This document shows, one piece after another, positions 24,492 through 36,575 of a stretch of DNA of 64,000 nucleotides. The stretch is from Lepidodermella squamata (lineage: Eukaryota > Animalia > Gastrotricha), in the NCBI GenBank assembly GCA_047495785.1, contig JBLDXI010000029.1:496001-560000 (forward strand), given 5' to 3'. The notes under the pieces are model-generated. The model made no database searches. It was given only the letters and a program-made list of their open reading frames with translations, and was not told the origin of the DNA. Positions within the stretch are counted from its first letter, which is position 1, and each line of letters starts with the position of its first letter. A program made the translations under genes and the position numbers.

Positions 24492-26878
24492 ATGAGCCAG
24501 CAACAATTTTGTAACGGTGGATCGCCTGACAACCCATGCTCTTGTCTTATCACTCACGTGGAACTGCTTGATCGGAATATCGCCGTATGCCCAGACTGTA
24601 AGCACGGGGTTGGAAACCATTCCAGTTCAACAATATCTCCAGGTTTGGCTCTTTATTATTGTTTTGTTTTTAGTAATTTGAATAAATACTAGTTACAAGC
24701 TATCAAGCTATCAAGCTATCTCAAGTACAAGTCAAATTCATTCGATAATAGAGGATAGCTAGCCAATTGTGTTTGTTTATTTCAAATCTGTTCATATGAA
24801 ACAAATGCCTTCGATGTGTATGATATACGTAAGACGAGCGCTATCATTTTTAAATCTTCATCCAGTCGCCCCCATGTGTGATATTCATTCTCATGTGTTT
24901 TCCATAACGGAATGACAATAATGTAAGAATGTTTTAAATGCAGAAGTGTTAATTATGTCTCAATCTGACACATGTTCTGGCAATGAAAATGCGTGCAAGT
25001 GCCGAATCTATCGTCTACCGCCCAATGACAGCAATTTCAGCAGTTGGTTTGACCCTGGTACTCGCAAGTGTATAGAAGAATCCTGCCAGCATTCCTATGC
25101 GCTTCATCCAGCACCTCCGCCTGCACCAGTTGCACCTCCAGGTAAGTCTCTTTGCATTGATATTTACGATGAATAGCTTCAGCTTTGCCTCGCGCGTTGA
25201 TAGCAGTATTTTTAATTGAATTCAACACTGTGGTTATAATTAATCTGAGCCGGGTGATTTTTGGCCGTTACACAACTCGATGCAATATCGGCCGCTGATA
25301 TGAGCGCGAAGGCGCGCTCGCGCGCATGAGGGTCCCCCACGAAGCAGCAGGCTTCGAAGCAGGGTAAACGCACTAAGCAGTCCTATCAGTAGGCGCTCAG
25401 GCTTAGCCTCTGATTTTCAACCAATGGTCTAAAATGATGGTCAGCTATTCTAGCTTTCGACACCAAAATTTGAGGAACGTAAGTCATGAAAACTTCGTAA
25501 AGTAGCTCAGACCTAAATTTTGTCAACAAAGTCGTTTTTCGAAAATTTTCCAAAATTCTTAAGCCGGGGGCTCTTAAAGTTATGATGGGCCCATATTCAG
25601 AAAATTACGCAGAATTTTATTGTAATTTATTTGATTTATTGTTGCGTGGCGTTTGCACCGCTTTTTGGGTTTATCCTACTTTGAAGCCTGCTGCTTTGTG
25701 GGGGACCCATGCATGAACTACAACAGGACATTGGAAGAGATTGATAATTTAGTGCGTTAAACCGAAATTGTTTATATTCTGGGAGCTATTGTAATATGTT
25801 GAAACATTTATTGCATTGTACATAATATCGCATGTAGGTTTTGCCAAATCGCCTTTAAACATTTGTAAATTTTTCAATTTGCCTGTCCAAAATTACGCTG
25901 TGTTTTTATGTATTTAGCGCCACCTTCTGCCTATGTGCCAATGTTCCGCGACTCACTGAAGGAAGGTGGCATTCTCCGCCCAAGCGACGATGTTATCCGT
26001 GTTATATTGGAAAAATATGACAACAAGATGATTGCAGCAGCCGCAGACACAACTGGTTCAGTGAACCTTTATAAAAAAGTTGCAAATCTTCCTAAGTCTT
26101 CCACTCGAAATCTCCTGAGAGAATCTCTGGGTATCTGCATCGGTGAAAATCTGGATCCGAGTTATCCAAATCACATCTTCAAGGGTTTGGAAGGGATGAA
26201 GCCTATTATTTTGAAAAGGGCAAAAGAAGGTGAAATTAAAATGTATCAAGCCATTTTTGGTGATAAATCGAAAGAGGAAATGAGAGCTTTGCATCTTGTT
26301 CATTGCAAACCAATCAGTGTTCGAAAAGACGATGCGTTGCGAGCTGTAATGCAGCATTCTGAATGTGTGCCATTAAACAGTAAGCGTTTGAGGCTTTACA
26401 GATGGACTGGTACACTGTCACATTACGTGCATCGACACAGTTTGGTCGTCTTGACGACTTGTACACTGGCGCGTTGCAAATTGAAAAGGCTTTGAATTAT
26501 ATTCATTCGACGGGACATGTTCACATGGATGTGAAAGGCGACAACATTTTTTTGGACTCTAATGGACAATGGTTTCTGGGAGATTTTGACTCATGTGTCG
26601 CAGACGGCAAAAAAATTTGTTCAACTACTGAGTGTTATTACCCATTTCGTCTGTTGGGATTGCCCGCTCACTCTAAATTTGACTGGTATATGCTGGTAGT
26701 CGCTTTGGCATTCGAAGTTATCAAATCCGACGGAGAAGACGACGTGAATGAGAAGCTTTTCAGCAACGAATTTCTTCAGGTGGACAACGCGAAGCTGACG
26801 ACTCTCATTGAAGGTATTAGATCTCCCAAGCTGCGTGACTTTATGTTACATTATCAAGCTATTGGCTATTCTACGTAG
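24492..26878 (+). CDS. Atypical protein kinase with two N-terminal Cys/His modules; frameshift near 26386 (pseudogene, assembly error or weak 56-nt intron)
   Basis: Exons 24492-24642, 24944-25141, 25918-26878 join in phase 1; catalytic loop HMDVKGDNI, GDFDS in place of DFG, FDWYML (subdomain IX). Confidence 0.7.
25330..25708. mobile_element. MITE with ~40-bp imperfect TIRs in kinase intron
   Basis: GGGTCCCCCACGAAGCAGCAGGCTTCGAAGCAGGGTAAAC versus GTTTATCCTACTTTGAAGCCTGCTGCTTTGTGGGGGACCC. Confidence 0.75.
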
Positions 26879-27841
26879 TGCTACTGTATGATGTTTGCAG
26901 TTACTGTTAACTAACGAACATGTGATAGCCTCTCTTGTTCTAATCTCACTGTAGTCAACTTGTAATTAGTGTTTTCTCGTTTCGTAAATGAAGAGTGAGA
27001 AACTTTTTATTAAAAACATTTGTTATTGATTATCTCATTTCACTAATACTGCTCCTATTAATAAAAAATAGGACGAGTTAGAGCAGTGTAAATTGTTAGT
27101 TAAAACTTGAAGAAATAAAAATAATGTAGTGAGAACTGTGAATTTACAAAGTTCATACGAAAGTTTCTTATCTTTTACGAAACTCGCTACACAGCTGATA
27201 AAAAGGCTGGTTATTTCGAATGAACTGCTTATTCGTGCTTAGTCTACAAACAAGCGTTTTAGAGGAGGCCTTATAGCTGATTAGCGTTCTCATAAAAATT
27301 TATCTGCGATAGCTTTTCCTGGAGAACGCTGCAAAAGGTTTCGGAATTCGGCCAACCTGGCTTGGCTATCAACAATGCATAAAATAACACTCGATGGATT
27401 TTGATTGAAAAGCCCTTGTGTCTAGTGTCACATTCCACTTTATTTTATTCGTTCTTTTTCATCAAAAGTATTGCAACATTAGCAAACAGGCGATATAACT
27501 TCCAGTAGCCTCCATGATCAAGAGTGGACTTGGCCCTCTCTTCAAAGAAGAAAGTTTTAACCACTTTCAGCCAAATAATAATAATAATAATATGCGATCA
27601 CACTTGTCGTGAACAACTCAAAGGTAACAAAATTACAACAACCACTTTGGAAATTGTTGCGTTTAAGAGACATAAGCAGCATTCATTATTGAGCCTGGGC
27701 GCGTTTAGTCATTTTAATTCACCAAGACATTTTCCAATGTTATTACACAACCGCTGGGTTATTTTGTTTTGTTTCACATACATTTTATATGCTAAGCATG
27801 CAATTTAGATACATGTTGGATGTTTTCGAAGTAAAGTTAGA

Positions 27842-29170
27842 TCATTGTGTCCGAAGTTGGTAGTCACCGTTTTGCGTGATATAACGCACCCATGGCAACG
27901 CTTGATAGCCTGATTTTTCAATGATCTTCAGATAGCGAACTTGAATACCAGACACCGTGAAGTAGGGAATTTCAAATCTGACCAAAATCGGCGGCCGGCC
28001 TTCCGTTTCTTCCGATTCAACACTAGGCAGGCTGAAGTGAGCACGAAGCAAGAACTCCTTACCACCCGGGAAGCTGCGAATCGACCAGATAACAGAATTC
28101 GTCTCCGGCACGTACTTGGCCGAGCCTGCGGTTGATTTGAACTTCGGCGAGTCGACATCCGCCGGCACTGGGATCACGATTTCAACGTTATTGGCCGTCG
28201 AACGGCGCTTGAACTGACTCTTCGCCTTGACCATAAATTCGATACGCGAATGCGCGTGGCGTTCTACGATGGACTCGACCCAAATCAACGGCTTCACCTG
28301 AGCTGATAAACGGTAGGACATCAACTCGAAATCGCCATCGGGCGGAATGAAAGAAATGGTGCGATCGTTTTCAAAACGCGTCAACCTAACGCACTGATGG
28401 AATTTCGTGTCTTCCAACTCAACAGCCTTAGCACCCTGCCTGCCACTGGTTTCGAATAGAATTTTATCGTTGAGGCCTAACCGAAGTTCCGGCATGCCCG
28501 ATAGGCGGACGTTCATTTTAACGGAACCGACGATTTCACTTCGCAGCACTTGACCAGATGCTGACACTAGCAAATTGACTGACTCAATTACGTCTAGGAA
28601 AACTTCGTTTTTGCGATATTTAATGCCTTCCGACCGCCATGAAACGGCGTTTGTAACGGCCATAGGAGGGCGGGGTATAATTTCCAGTTTTTGACCCTCC
28701 TGTGTGATAAATTCTTGTAGGATTTTGGAGTCTGTGGTCTGCGGGTAGCCGAAGTCCATCAACTCATCGAGAAGTTCGTAGACTACGACGAAGTTATCGC
28801 GAATACTCTCCTCCTCGACTTCTTTGAAATACTCGCCAAAAACCTGCGTGATTTTGTGCAGAAATGAAAATGCCATGGCAACGTTGCAATTGTGGCTCGT
28901 TGTAGCTACGACTGGAATAATAAAATAAAAAGCGATGAAAAAATGTAGGAATAAATTATGGGAAAAATTACCATAAATATTATTAAATTTGATGTACATA
29001 AAATTCATTTCCCCATGCTGCAAAATCGGGTTTATTGAGCCATCTTCTTCACGCTCCATCAAGATCGGGTAGAATTTTTCGATGATATTGACGTCGAAAT
29101 CACCGCGGTAACCACGGTAAATCAGCACTTTGCCCTTCAGATCGAGAATAAATATTGCAGAAATCGACAT
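27842..29170 (-). CDS. AP1M1: AP-1 adaptor complex mu-1 subunit; one 60-nt intron 28971-28912
   Basis: MSISAIFILDLKGK.., NAVSWRSEGIKYRKNEVFLDVIE, C-terminus IIEKSGYQALPWVRYITQNGDYQLR. Confidence 0.97.
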   Translation of the reverse strand: MSISAIFILDLKGKVLIYRGYRGDFDVNIIEKFYPILMEREEDGSINPILQHGEMNFMYIKFNNIYGNFSHNLFLHFFIAFYFIIPVVATTSHNCNVAMAFSFLHKITQVFGEYFKEVEEESIRDNFVVVYELLDELMDFGYPQTTDSKILQEFITQEGQKLEIIPRPPMAVTNAVSWRSEGIKYRKNEVFLDVIESVNLLVSASGQVLRSEIVGSVKMNVRLSGMPELRLGLNDKILFETSGRQGAKAVELEDTKFHQCVRLTRFENDRTISFIPPDGDFELMSYRLSAQVKPLIWVESIVERHAHSRIEFMVKAKSQFKRRSTANNVEIVIPVPADVDSPKFKSTAGSAKYVPETNSVIWSIRSFPGGKEFLLRAHFSLPSVESEETEGRPPILVRFEIPYFTVSGIQVRYLKIIEKSGYQALPWVRYITQNGDYQLRTQ

Positions 29171-30202
29171 TTTCAACTGAGGATAAATACGAGTAACACC
29201 CTAAAAATAAAAACAAATCCCAGTTAAATCATGATCAAGCTTTGTTTTTTATTTATTAACTTCATTCAAATACGCGAGCGAAAATACGCATCACACTGAA
29301 AAACGAGAAATCACAACAAAAATGTAAAAAAAATCGATTAGAATACGAGATCGTGGGATGAAAGTTGTCACGAGAATAAAAAATTCCAGAGATAGAATGC
29401 AACCAGGGTCGCGGTTTATTTGCGAGAATTCAAGAAAGATCAAGCTTTCCAAAATGCAGAAAAATTATATCTATTTCTATACTTCATTGGGACGAGCTGG
29501 CGGAGCGAACCATCAGAAGAATATTGACTAGTCGGATCCGACAACTAGGCTCGTGTAGCTCCCTCGCACCGGTACCTGCACTACCGTACCAAATGCTGAA
29601 GGCAAGCGATGGGCGCGATTTGTTGTTGACTGTTTAATTGCAGACGACTTTCAATATACCAACCCAGAGACCATAAGTTGGCGTGCCGCTAAGGTCGAGG
29701 TAAATCAGGAGAACGATCTGATGGTCTATGCTCTTACCGATAAGGAGAGTAATCCTCGGAAATATGCTCAGACCGATCAGTTGGCCAAAGACACATGTCA
29801 TTTTCACACTTTACACAATATTCTTCTAAGGACATTCTCTGCGAGACATTTTCTATCTCTATTGGATATTTCGATCTCTCTGAGATCATTTCGATCTGAA
29901 TTAATTTTCCTAATTAACTATCCTAATTAACCTAATACTCATAACTAACATGGAAGCGTCGACGTCCCAGGCCAACGCCAGCATTGCATTTAACATCAAT
30001 GAAGTGGAGGCCATTGCTGCTCGAGCACTAATTCCTGTTTGCAGCAGCCTGACAGGTGGCATCAATCAAGAATCAGGTTTCGCCAGATGGAGTGGCAAAT
30101 TGCTGATTCGAACGATAAGGTGAAAGGAAAGAGACGCTGAAATAGCCCAACTTAGTGATTAAGTGATTAATTAATTTTTGACAATTTTTTTTCATCTCCG
30201 GC

Positions 30203-31020
30203 TTGCGGGTCAAAACGCCACTTCTGCAAGACAATCAGGCTCACATATCGTACGATAAGGATGCCGAAGTCGCATCGCCGGCCGGATTTCGACGGTGCAT
30301 CGCCGATGTACTCATCGACGTATGGTGCAATGTCGAGCGGCCCGAGGATATCCCGTTCGTAGCAAGAGATGCCGCCGACCGCGCCATGCGACGGATGATG
30401 CTATTCTCAATCAGTCGCGGCGTCCGAGCGATGTTCGACCTAGGAGACGACTTGTGGGTCAATACGGAGCACCCATTTAGGGAGGCAAACCGATTAACAA
30501 CCGATTTGGCCAACCCGTCGTTCGAGCGGCGGGAACCGTGTTCGAATAAAGCGAGCCAGATCCATATATAGTAACATTAATTATTGATATCTATGATTAA
30601 TTCTGTGACCAATAGATGTTTTTGCTGTGGAGGTTATTTAGAATGTAACCATTTCATCCTAAGTATCCAAGTTACTGAACACTATTCAAACCAGATGAGA
30701 ACTTTAATAAATATCCCTTGTGCGAACCTTGTAATTTTATCAGGTTATACGATGGGGTGATCGAGATCACCGAGGAGTTCCACGCCGCAGAGGAGGGGAA
30801 GAAGAGAAGTGGCCGAGACAAGAACAGGCCAATAATCGCCGAGGAAGAGAAGGGGCGCGGAGGAGCCAATCAACCGATCGAAATATCAGATAAAGAGGCG
30901 CCTAAGGAGGAGCCGAAGGAGTTTCGCCAGAGCGGGCGACTACGGCGACAGGGCATTCCGTATCCGAACTACGCGTTGGAGCCGAAGAAGCTGCGTGGTA
31001 TATTTTCGGAAACCCTTTAG
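30203..31020 (+). pseudogene. Unknown ORF ('ELAER..RR' family) with acidic SIM-like tail, split by an LTR insertion at 30539-30756
   Basis: Removing 30539-30756 joins ..FERREP to VIEITEEFHAAEE.. in frame; the paralog at ~31465-31748 shows the uninterrupted junction DERQEPVIEVAEEF. Confidence 0.7.
30539..30742 (+). mobile_element. Short LTR (copia-type) followed by the start of a PBS
   Basis: TGTTCGAA...TTTTATCA termini, followed by GGTTAT; homologous to 44198-44411. Confidence 0.75.
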
Positions 31021-31841
31021 CGCATCCCTTTAGCGCAAGTATCGTCCAAATTTAATAATTTGGGAAAGTTATACCCAAGTTGCTACTGCCGAACTAGTTA
31101 ATGCAGTCTCTTATGAGCTTTAATATTTTTTCCCACACCACACTTAAATTGTATTCTTCAAGCGAATTGCTCAAACTAACGCGCGTAGTTTGTGTGGAGC
31201 CCTCGTAGACTACATCTACATTTATTTTGATATTTCGATTTTCGATCAAGGAATACTTCAAGACCGGACAATAACGTATGGCCTTGTTCCATACTGTGAT
31301 CATCGACTGGCCTTCCAGTGGCTGGTGAGGAAGGAACGTCGTGACACGGCGATGGCGAAAGCGAGCCACAGCCGGGGCTGAACCAGGACGCCGGACCGAA
31401 TGAACCGCGCACGGAGACATCCGCAAACACGATAGCGGACGACTCTGCTCCGCAAGGAGACATCGTGACACTCGACGAGCGGCAGGAACCGGTGATCGAG
31501 GTCGCCGAGGAGTTCCATGCCGCGGAGGAAAGAAGAAAGAGGAGCGGCCGGAATAAGAACAGGCCGATAATCGTCGAGGAAGAAGTGGAGCGCGGAGCGG
31601 CCGGTCACCCGATCGAGATATTAGATGACGAGGCATCGAAGGAGGAGCCGCGGGAATGCTAGCCGAGCGGGCGACCACGGCGAAGAGGTATCCCGTATCC
31701 AAACTACTGGTGGAGCCAAAAAAGTTGCGTGGTATATTTTCGGGTACCCGATAGCGTAAATAGCATAAAATTTTTCATGATTGTATCTATGTTGTTATGA
31801 AAACTATTTGAGGACAAATAGGACAGTGGAGGGGGAGTTAT

Positions 31842-34170
31842 GTGACCCGACAAGGAAACAAAGATCGTCGATCCACCGACAAACCAAAGGCGAAGATAGC
31901 AGTTCAAGATTGCGAATACAGCCTGATGGTATGTCATTTGTCGTTGCGCAACAAGTTTGTTCTTGACAGTGGGGCAAGTCAGCATATGGTTGCTGATAAG
32001 GAACCCATCCAAGGTTTTGCCCGAAAACACGCAACTAGTGAAATTAGGCAATGGTGAATCGAGTCGAGTCGAATTCATAGCAGACGCAATCAAGTTACGA
32101 ATGAAGTCACTCTTCTGTGACCGGGATCATACGAGACTACTTGAACCAACACCGCGGTATGCCAACACATCCAACAGACGAGGCTATGCGTGAACTAGCA
32201 GTCAGAAGAGTGTGGCTATAGCGCATTCTCGCAATGGGCGGATGGGTCGACGCGCTACTGTTAACGCCAGATGTTAACGATGCAGAGTGATCGTTACACA
32301 ACCGTGCTCCTGGCTGATGTCTTATACGTGCCAGATTTACAGTGCCATTTGTTTTCAGTAGGTCGTCAAGCTTGAAATTTTTCATTTTCCCTGTGACCTC
32401 GTTCCGAGTCAACTAGGACAAGGATGCTTACGCACGCACTGACGTCAATTCCACGACGATAATTCACTTCGGGCGGATCATCCAGCACCTCCATCGGACA
32501 TATAAATAGACTCCGTAGTAATGACAAAGACACACTCACTGATTAATATTTATGCGTTCGATTCACACAATATACGGCATCGGTCGACTTGTGTAACAGA
32601 ACCCACTTACATCCCTTCAGCAGAAAGTGGCCTATTCGTTTGAAGGAGGCAACGCAGGCTTCGTTCGATACACTTGCGATGATAAGAACAATCTGCCTTG
32701 TTTTTCGGGAGTCAGTTATCTCAATTTGACAATAATTGGTTCCGGATCTTATTGCCACTGATGTGCCACTGATTTTTGCAACTCCCGGCATTCGCAAACA
32801 CAATGCATGAAACCTCGAAAGTTTAATGGGCATAAAATTTACAATTTCCAAGGGAATTTTGCTGGAAGAGGAAGAAAAAATTCTGTAAATCGAGAAAGGA
32901 ATTTTAGGTGTCCCGAAAAATCGGGCAGTGGCCCGGGCTCACAGGGCCGTCAGTCAAAGAAGCAGACGCCATCAAGTTACGAATGAAGTCACTCTTCTGT
33001 GACCGGGATCATCCGAGACTACTTGAACCAACACCGCGGTATGCCAACACATCCAACAGACGAGGCTATGCGTGAACTAGCAGTCAGAAGAGTGTGGCTA
33101 TAGCGCATTCTCGCAATGGGCGGATGGGTCGACGCGCTACTGTTAACGCCAGATGTTAACGATGCAGAGTGATCGTTACACAACCGTGCTCCTGGCTGAT
33201 GTCTTATACGTGCCAGATTTACAGTGCCATTTGTTTTCAGTAGGTCGTCAAGCTTGAAATTTTTCATTTTCCCTGTGACCTCGTTCCGAGTCAACTAGGA
33301 CAAGGATGCTTACGCACGCACTGACGTCAATTCCACGACGATAATTCACTTCGGGCGGATCATCCAGCACCTCCATCGGACATATAAATAGACTCCGTAG
33401 TAATGACAAAGACACACTCACTGATTAATATTTATGCGTTCGATTCACACAATATACGGCATCGGTCGACTTGTGTAACAGAACCCACTTACATCCCTTC
33501 AGCAGAAAGTGGCCTATTCGTTTGAAGGAGGCAACGCAGGCTTCGTTCGATACACTTGCGATGATAAGAACAATCTGCCTTGTTTTTCGGGAGTCAGTTA
33601 TCTCAATTTGACAATAATTGGTTCCGGATCTTATTGCCACTGATGTGCCACTGATTTTTGCAACTCCCGGCATTCGCAAACACAATGCATGAAACCTCGA
33701 AAGTTTAATGGGCATAAAATTTACAATTTCCAAGGGAATTTTGCTGGAAGAGGAAGAAAAAATTCTGTAAATCGAGAAAGGAATTTTAGGTGTCCCGAAA
33801 AATCGGGCAGTGGCCCGGGCTCACAGGGCCGTCAGTCAAAGAAGCAGACGCCATCAAGTTACGAATGAAGTCACTCTTCTGTGACCGGGATCATCCGAGA
33901 CTACTTGAACCAACATCGCGGCATGCCAACACATCCAACAGACGATGCTATGCGTGAACTAGCCGAGCGAGCAGTCAGAAGAGTGTGGCTGCAGCGCATT
34001 CTCGCAATGGGCGGATGGGTCGACGCGTTACTGTTAACGCCAGATGTGATCGTTACACAACCGTGCTCCTGACTGACGTCTTATATGTGCCAGATATACA
34101 GTGCCATTTGTTTTCAGTAGGAGCTGTGCTCAACAAGCAGAAGAGTCTAGCATTGAGTATCGTGAACCTC
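31842..34170 (+). pseudogene. Ty1/copia aspartic protease fragments, interrupted and triplicated
   Basis: FVLDSGASQHM (~31957), LVKLGNG, and LLTDVLYVPDIQCHLFSVG (~34070; also ~32310, ~33190); purine tract AGTGGAGGGGGAG at ~31825. Confidence 0.85.
32079..34121 (+). repeat. 882-bp tandem duplication (32079-32960, 32961-33842) plus a diverged partial third copy (33843-34121)
   Basis: Identical ORFs at 32137/33019 and 32543/33425; each unit starts AGCAGACGC. Confidence 0.95.
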
Positions 34171-35333
34171 AGTCTTTTAAATACATAACCCCACACGCAG
34201 GTTACATGCCCACTCTAATTCTAATTCTAATTATCCCTGTGATGGGATTCAAGCTAATTTCTTATCATGAGTGCGAGCGGAAGGAACTAAGATTAAGGCG
34301 CGGGATGTTGCTTTTACAGTCCTGGCCAGATCAGAGAGCTTTCCGTTTCGTTATTCGAACCAGGCAGGGCTGCGGACGAGATTCAGGCTAAATTTCAAAG
34401 AAATATGATCAACAAAATGGTGAGTTGTTGCACACTTACCGATCCGATCCGTATGATAACCATTCGCAACGCAGCAGATGTCAAATAAACTAAAATCCTC
34501 TAAAAATATAAAAAGATACAAACCCGAATCATAAGTCGCGTCTTCTTTTTATTTCAAAATTGTCTCGGAAAAAAACGAAAACATGATAAAACATTGAGCA
34601 TACAATCTCAGTTTAAACGTGAGAAAATCACGAATTGAGCGTGAGAATTTGCGATAGCATAGAAAATCATATTTTACAGAATAAACTTCATAAAGGAGTA
34701 GTGAATTCGTCCCGATCGATGAACAGAACGCGATTGCATATAACAAAACAAGCAGCTTGAAAATTTTCAAATGAATATTTCGGCATCTGTGCGATAAAAT
34801 GCAGCCGGAAATAAAAGCCTTGAGCGCTGCGCGAAAATCGATAATAATATGCCGACGTGGCCACATAAATTCAATTATAATTTCATGCACTAAATTGAGC
34901 TTTAGCCGCAGAAACACACCCACGTAAAAGAATCCCTTTAAGAGCAAATAACTACCGGCTATGATAGAATATTGAAAATAACCTAGATGTGATATTGCTG
35001 GGCTTATATTGCTGCTCACAGCCTAATCAGCCCCACCCAACCCGGCCGGCAGTTCAAGTTCCAGTCTATAACGCAGGGTTAATATTCGATCGCTTCAAAG
35101 CAACCTAGTCGCTTTTCCTTCGGTACTGATTTGCGACCTTGAATCTGTATATAATAACAAGGCTCTCTGCAGAATCAAAATCTGAATTGATCAATCTTGA
35201 TGAATCTGAAAGAATCCCTGAAAATTACCGACAATTAATAAACTACCTTGACGCGAAATACTGACACGAAATATATTTGCAAATTCTTTCGCACCAATAC
35301 ACTAATTCTAGAAGAAAGGTTCCTCCACCATCA

Positions 35334-36575
35334 ATGGCGATCTTTGAGATGAACAGTGAACAGGCTCATGCTGCCCAAGCTTCTCTTCCTGTTAGTGTGA
35401 CTGAGATTCTGATGATAATTACATCGGGATATTTCGCACTGGGCATACATATCATGGATTTAGCACCATACTCGGCTGCGTTCTTGGGCTAACAGGAGGA
35501 TTAGTAGAGTCAATTATCTACATGCCGATGAAATCCACGGCCTACAAGTTGACGCGCATCGCGGCCTCGCAATTCGAAGTGTTCACGTACTGCGATTGCA
35601 ACGTTCGACCACGTCGAACCGCTGCTGCTTTTCCAGCCTTGACTCCCGACCGTTCTATGCCGTCCCATCGCGTCCGATGTCGCGAATTGACGCTGCGCCA
35701 CCGACCATTGAATCATATATATCCGCGAAAAAACTACGGTTCGAATCCTCTCGATCGTTTCACTGGCTAATCTTGAACACTACACCAACATTTACGATTC
35801 AGGAAATTTCGAATTCGATGCTCTGGAATGGAATCAAGACTGCGATTCAGCATCATCTACTAGTCTTGATCAGCCAAGGATTTTCGATCCTATTTCATCT
35901 ATCTCTGATATGGCCTGTGAATGCTGTCTTTCAAAGTGCGAGCCATCAATTTTCCTTGACAACGACCAGCTCGCTAGCAGCTATAAATTTTTATTTTCAC
36001 GCTAACACCCTTCTCAACATTTTACGGAATATAATCTAGCTACATCTGCTTCAATCGTTGGACATGATTTATGGAAGAGCATCCTAAATGATAACACCAC
36101 GCTCCTTATCCGCCACGACGATTTATGGTCGTCCCTTTGCCACTCAATTATTTTTACTGAAAGTGATTACCTGTTGGATGATGGCCACGATGATAGCCCT
36201 AACCTCATTATGTCTGGCCTGGAAGAAAGTTTCTGGTATGGCCCAACGGCACATCCTACCAACACCGAAGGCCAATATAACTACATCCAACATTTATTTT
36301 ACGATTTGTTAAAAAACTTTAATGGTGTCAACGTAAACCTGCGGCACATATTCTACCTTTTACTTCGGGCAGGTCGTAGGGCCTCAGTAGATATGCAGAA
36401 CACCGTGCCTCCACCCGATCAACGCGCTAAGAAAATTCCATGGGCATCAGTCATCGATGTTCTTTTACAATTAACGCCGGATTCATGGGCGATGGGAAAC
36501 CATCCTTTTTGGGCAGCTAGCTATCCCCTGACGCTAAACGACGATATTAGCGGAACGCTTGGCGGAACGATATAG
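35334..36575 (+). pseudogene. Unknown 'ORF-X' family, copy 1 (fragmented)
   Basis: EGQYNYIQHLFYDLLKNFNGVNVNLRHIFYLLLRAGRR; homologous to 38748-39320 and ~39700-40050. Confidence 0.6.

Noticed and set aside
26380-26401. 22-nt GT-AG micro-intron in the kinase
   Set aside because: Removing it does not restore the MDWY reading frame
31094-31702. 202-aa minus-strand ORF in the patchwork
   Set aside because: Antisense of the GC-rich SIM-tail ORF and spans a fragment junction
34549-35019. 156-aa hydrophobic minus-strand ORF
   Set aside because: Non-ATG start, AT-rich, no motif or paralogue; probably spurious
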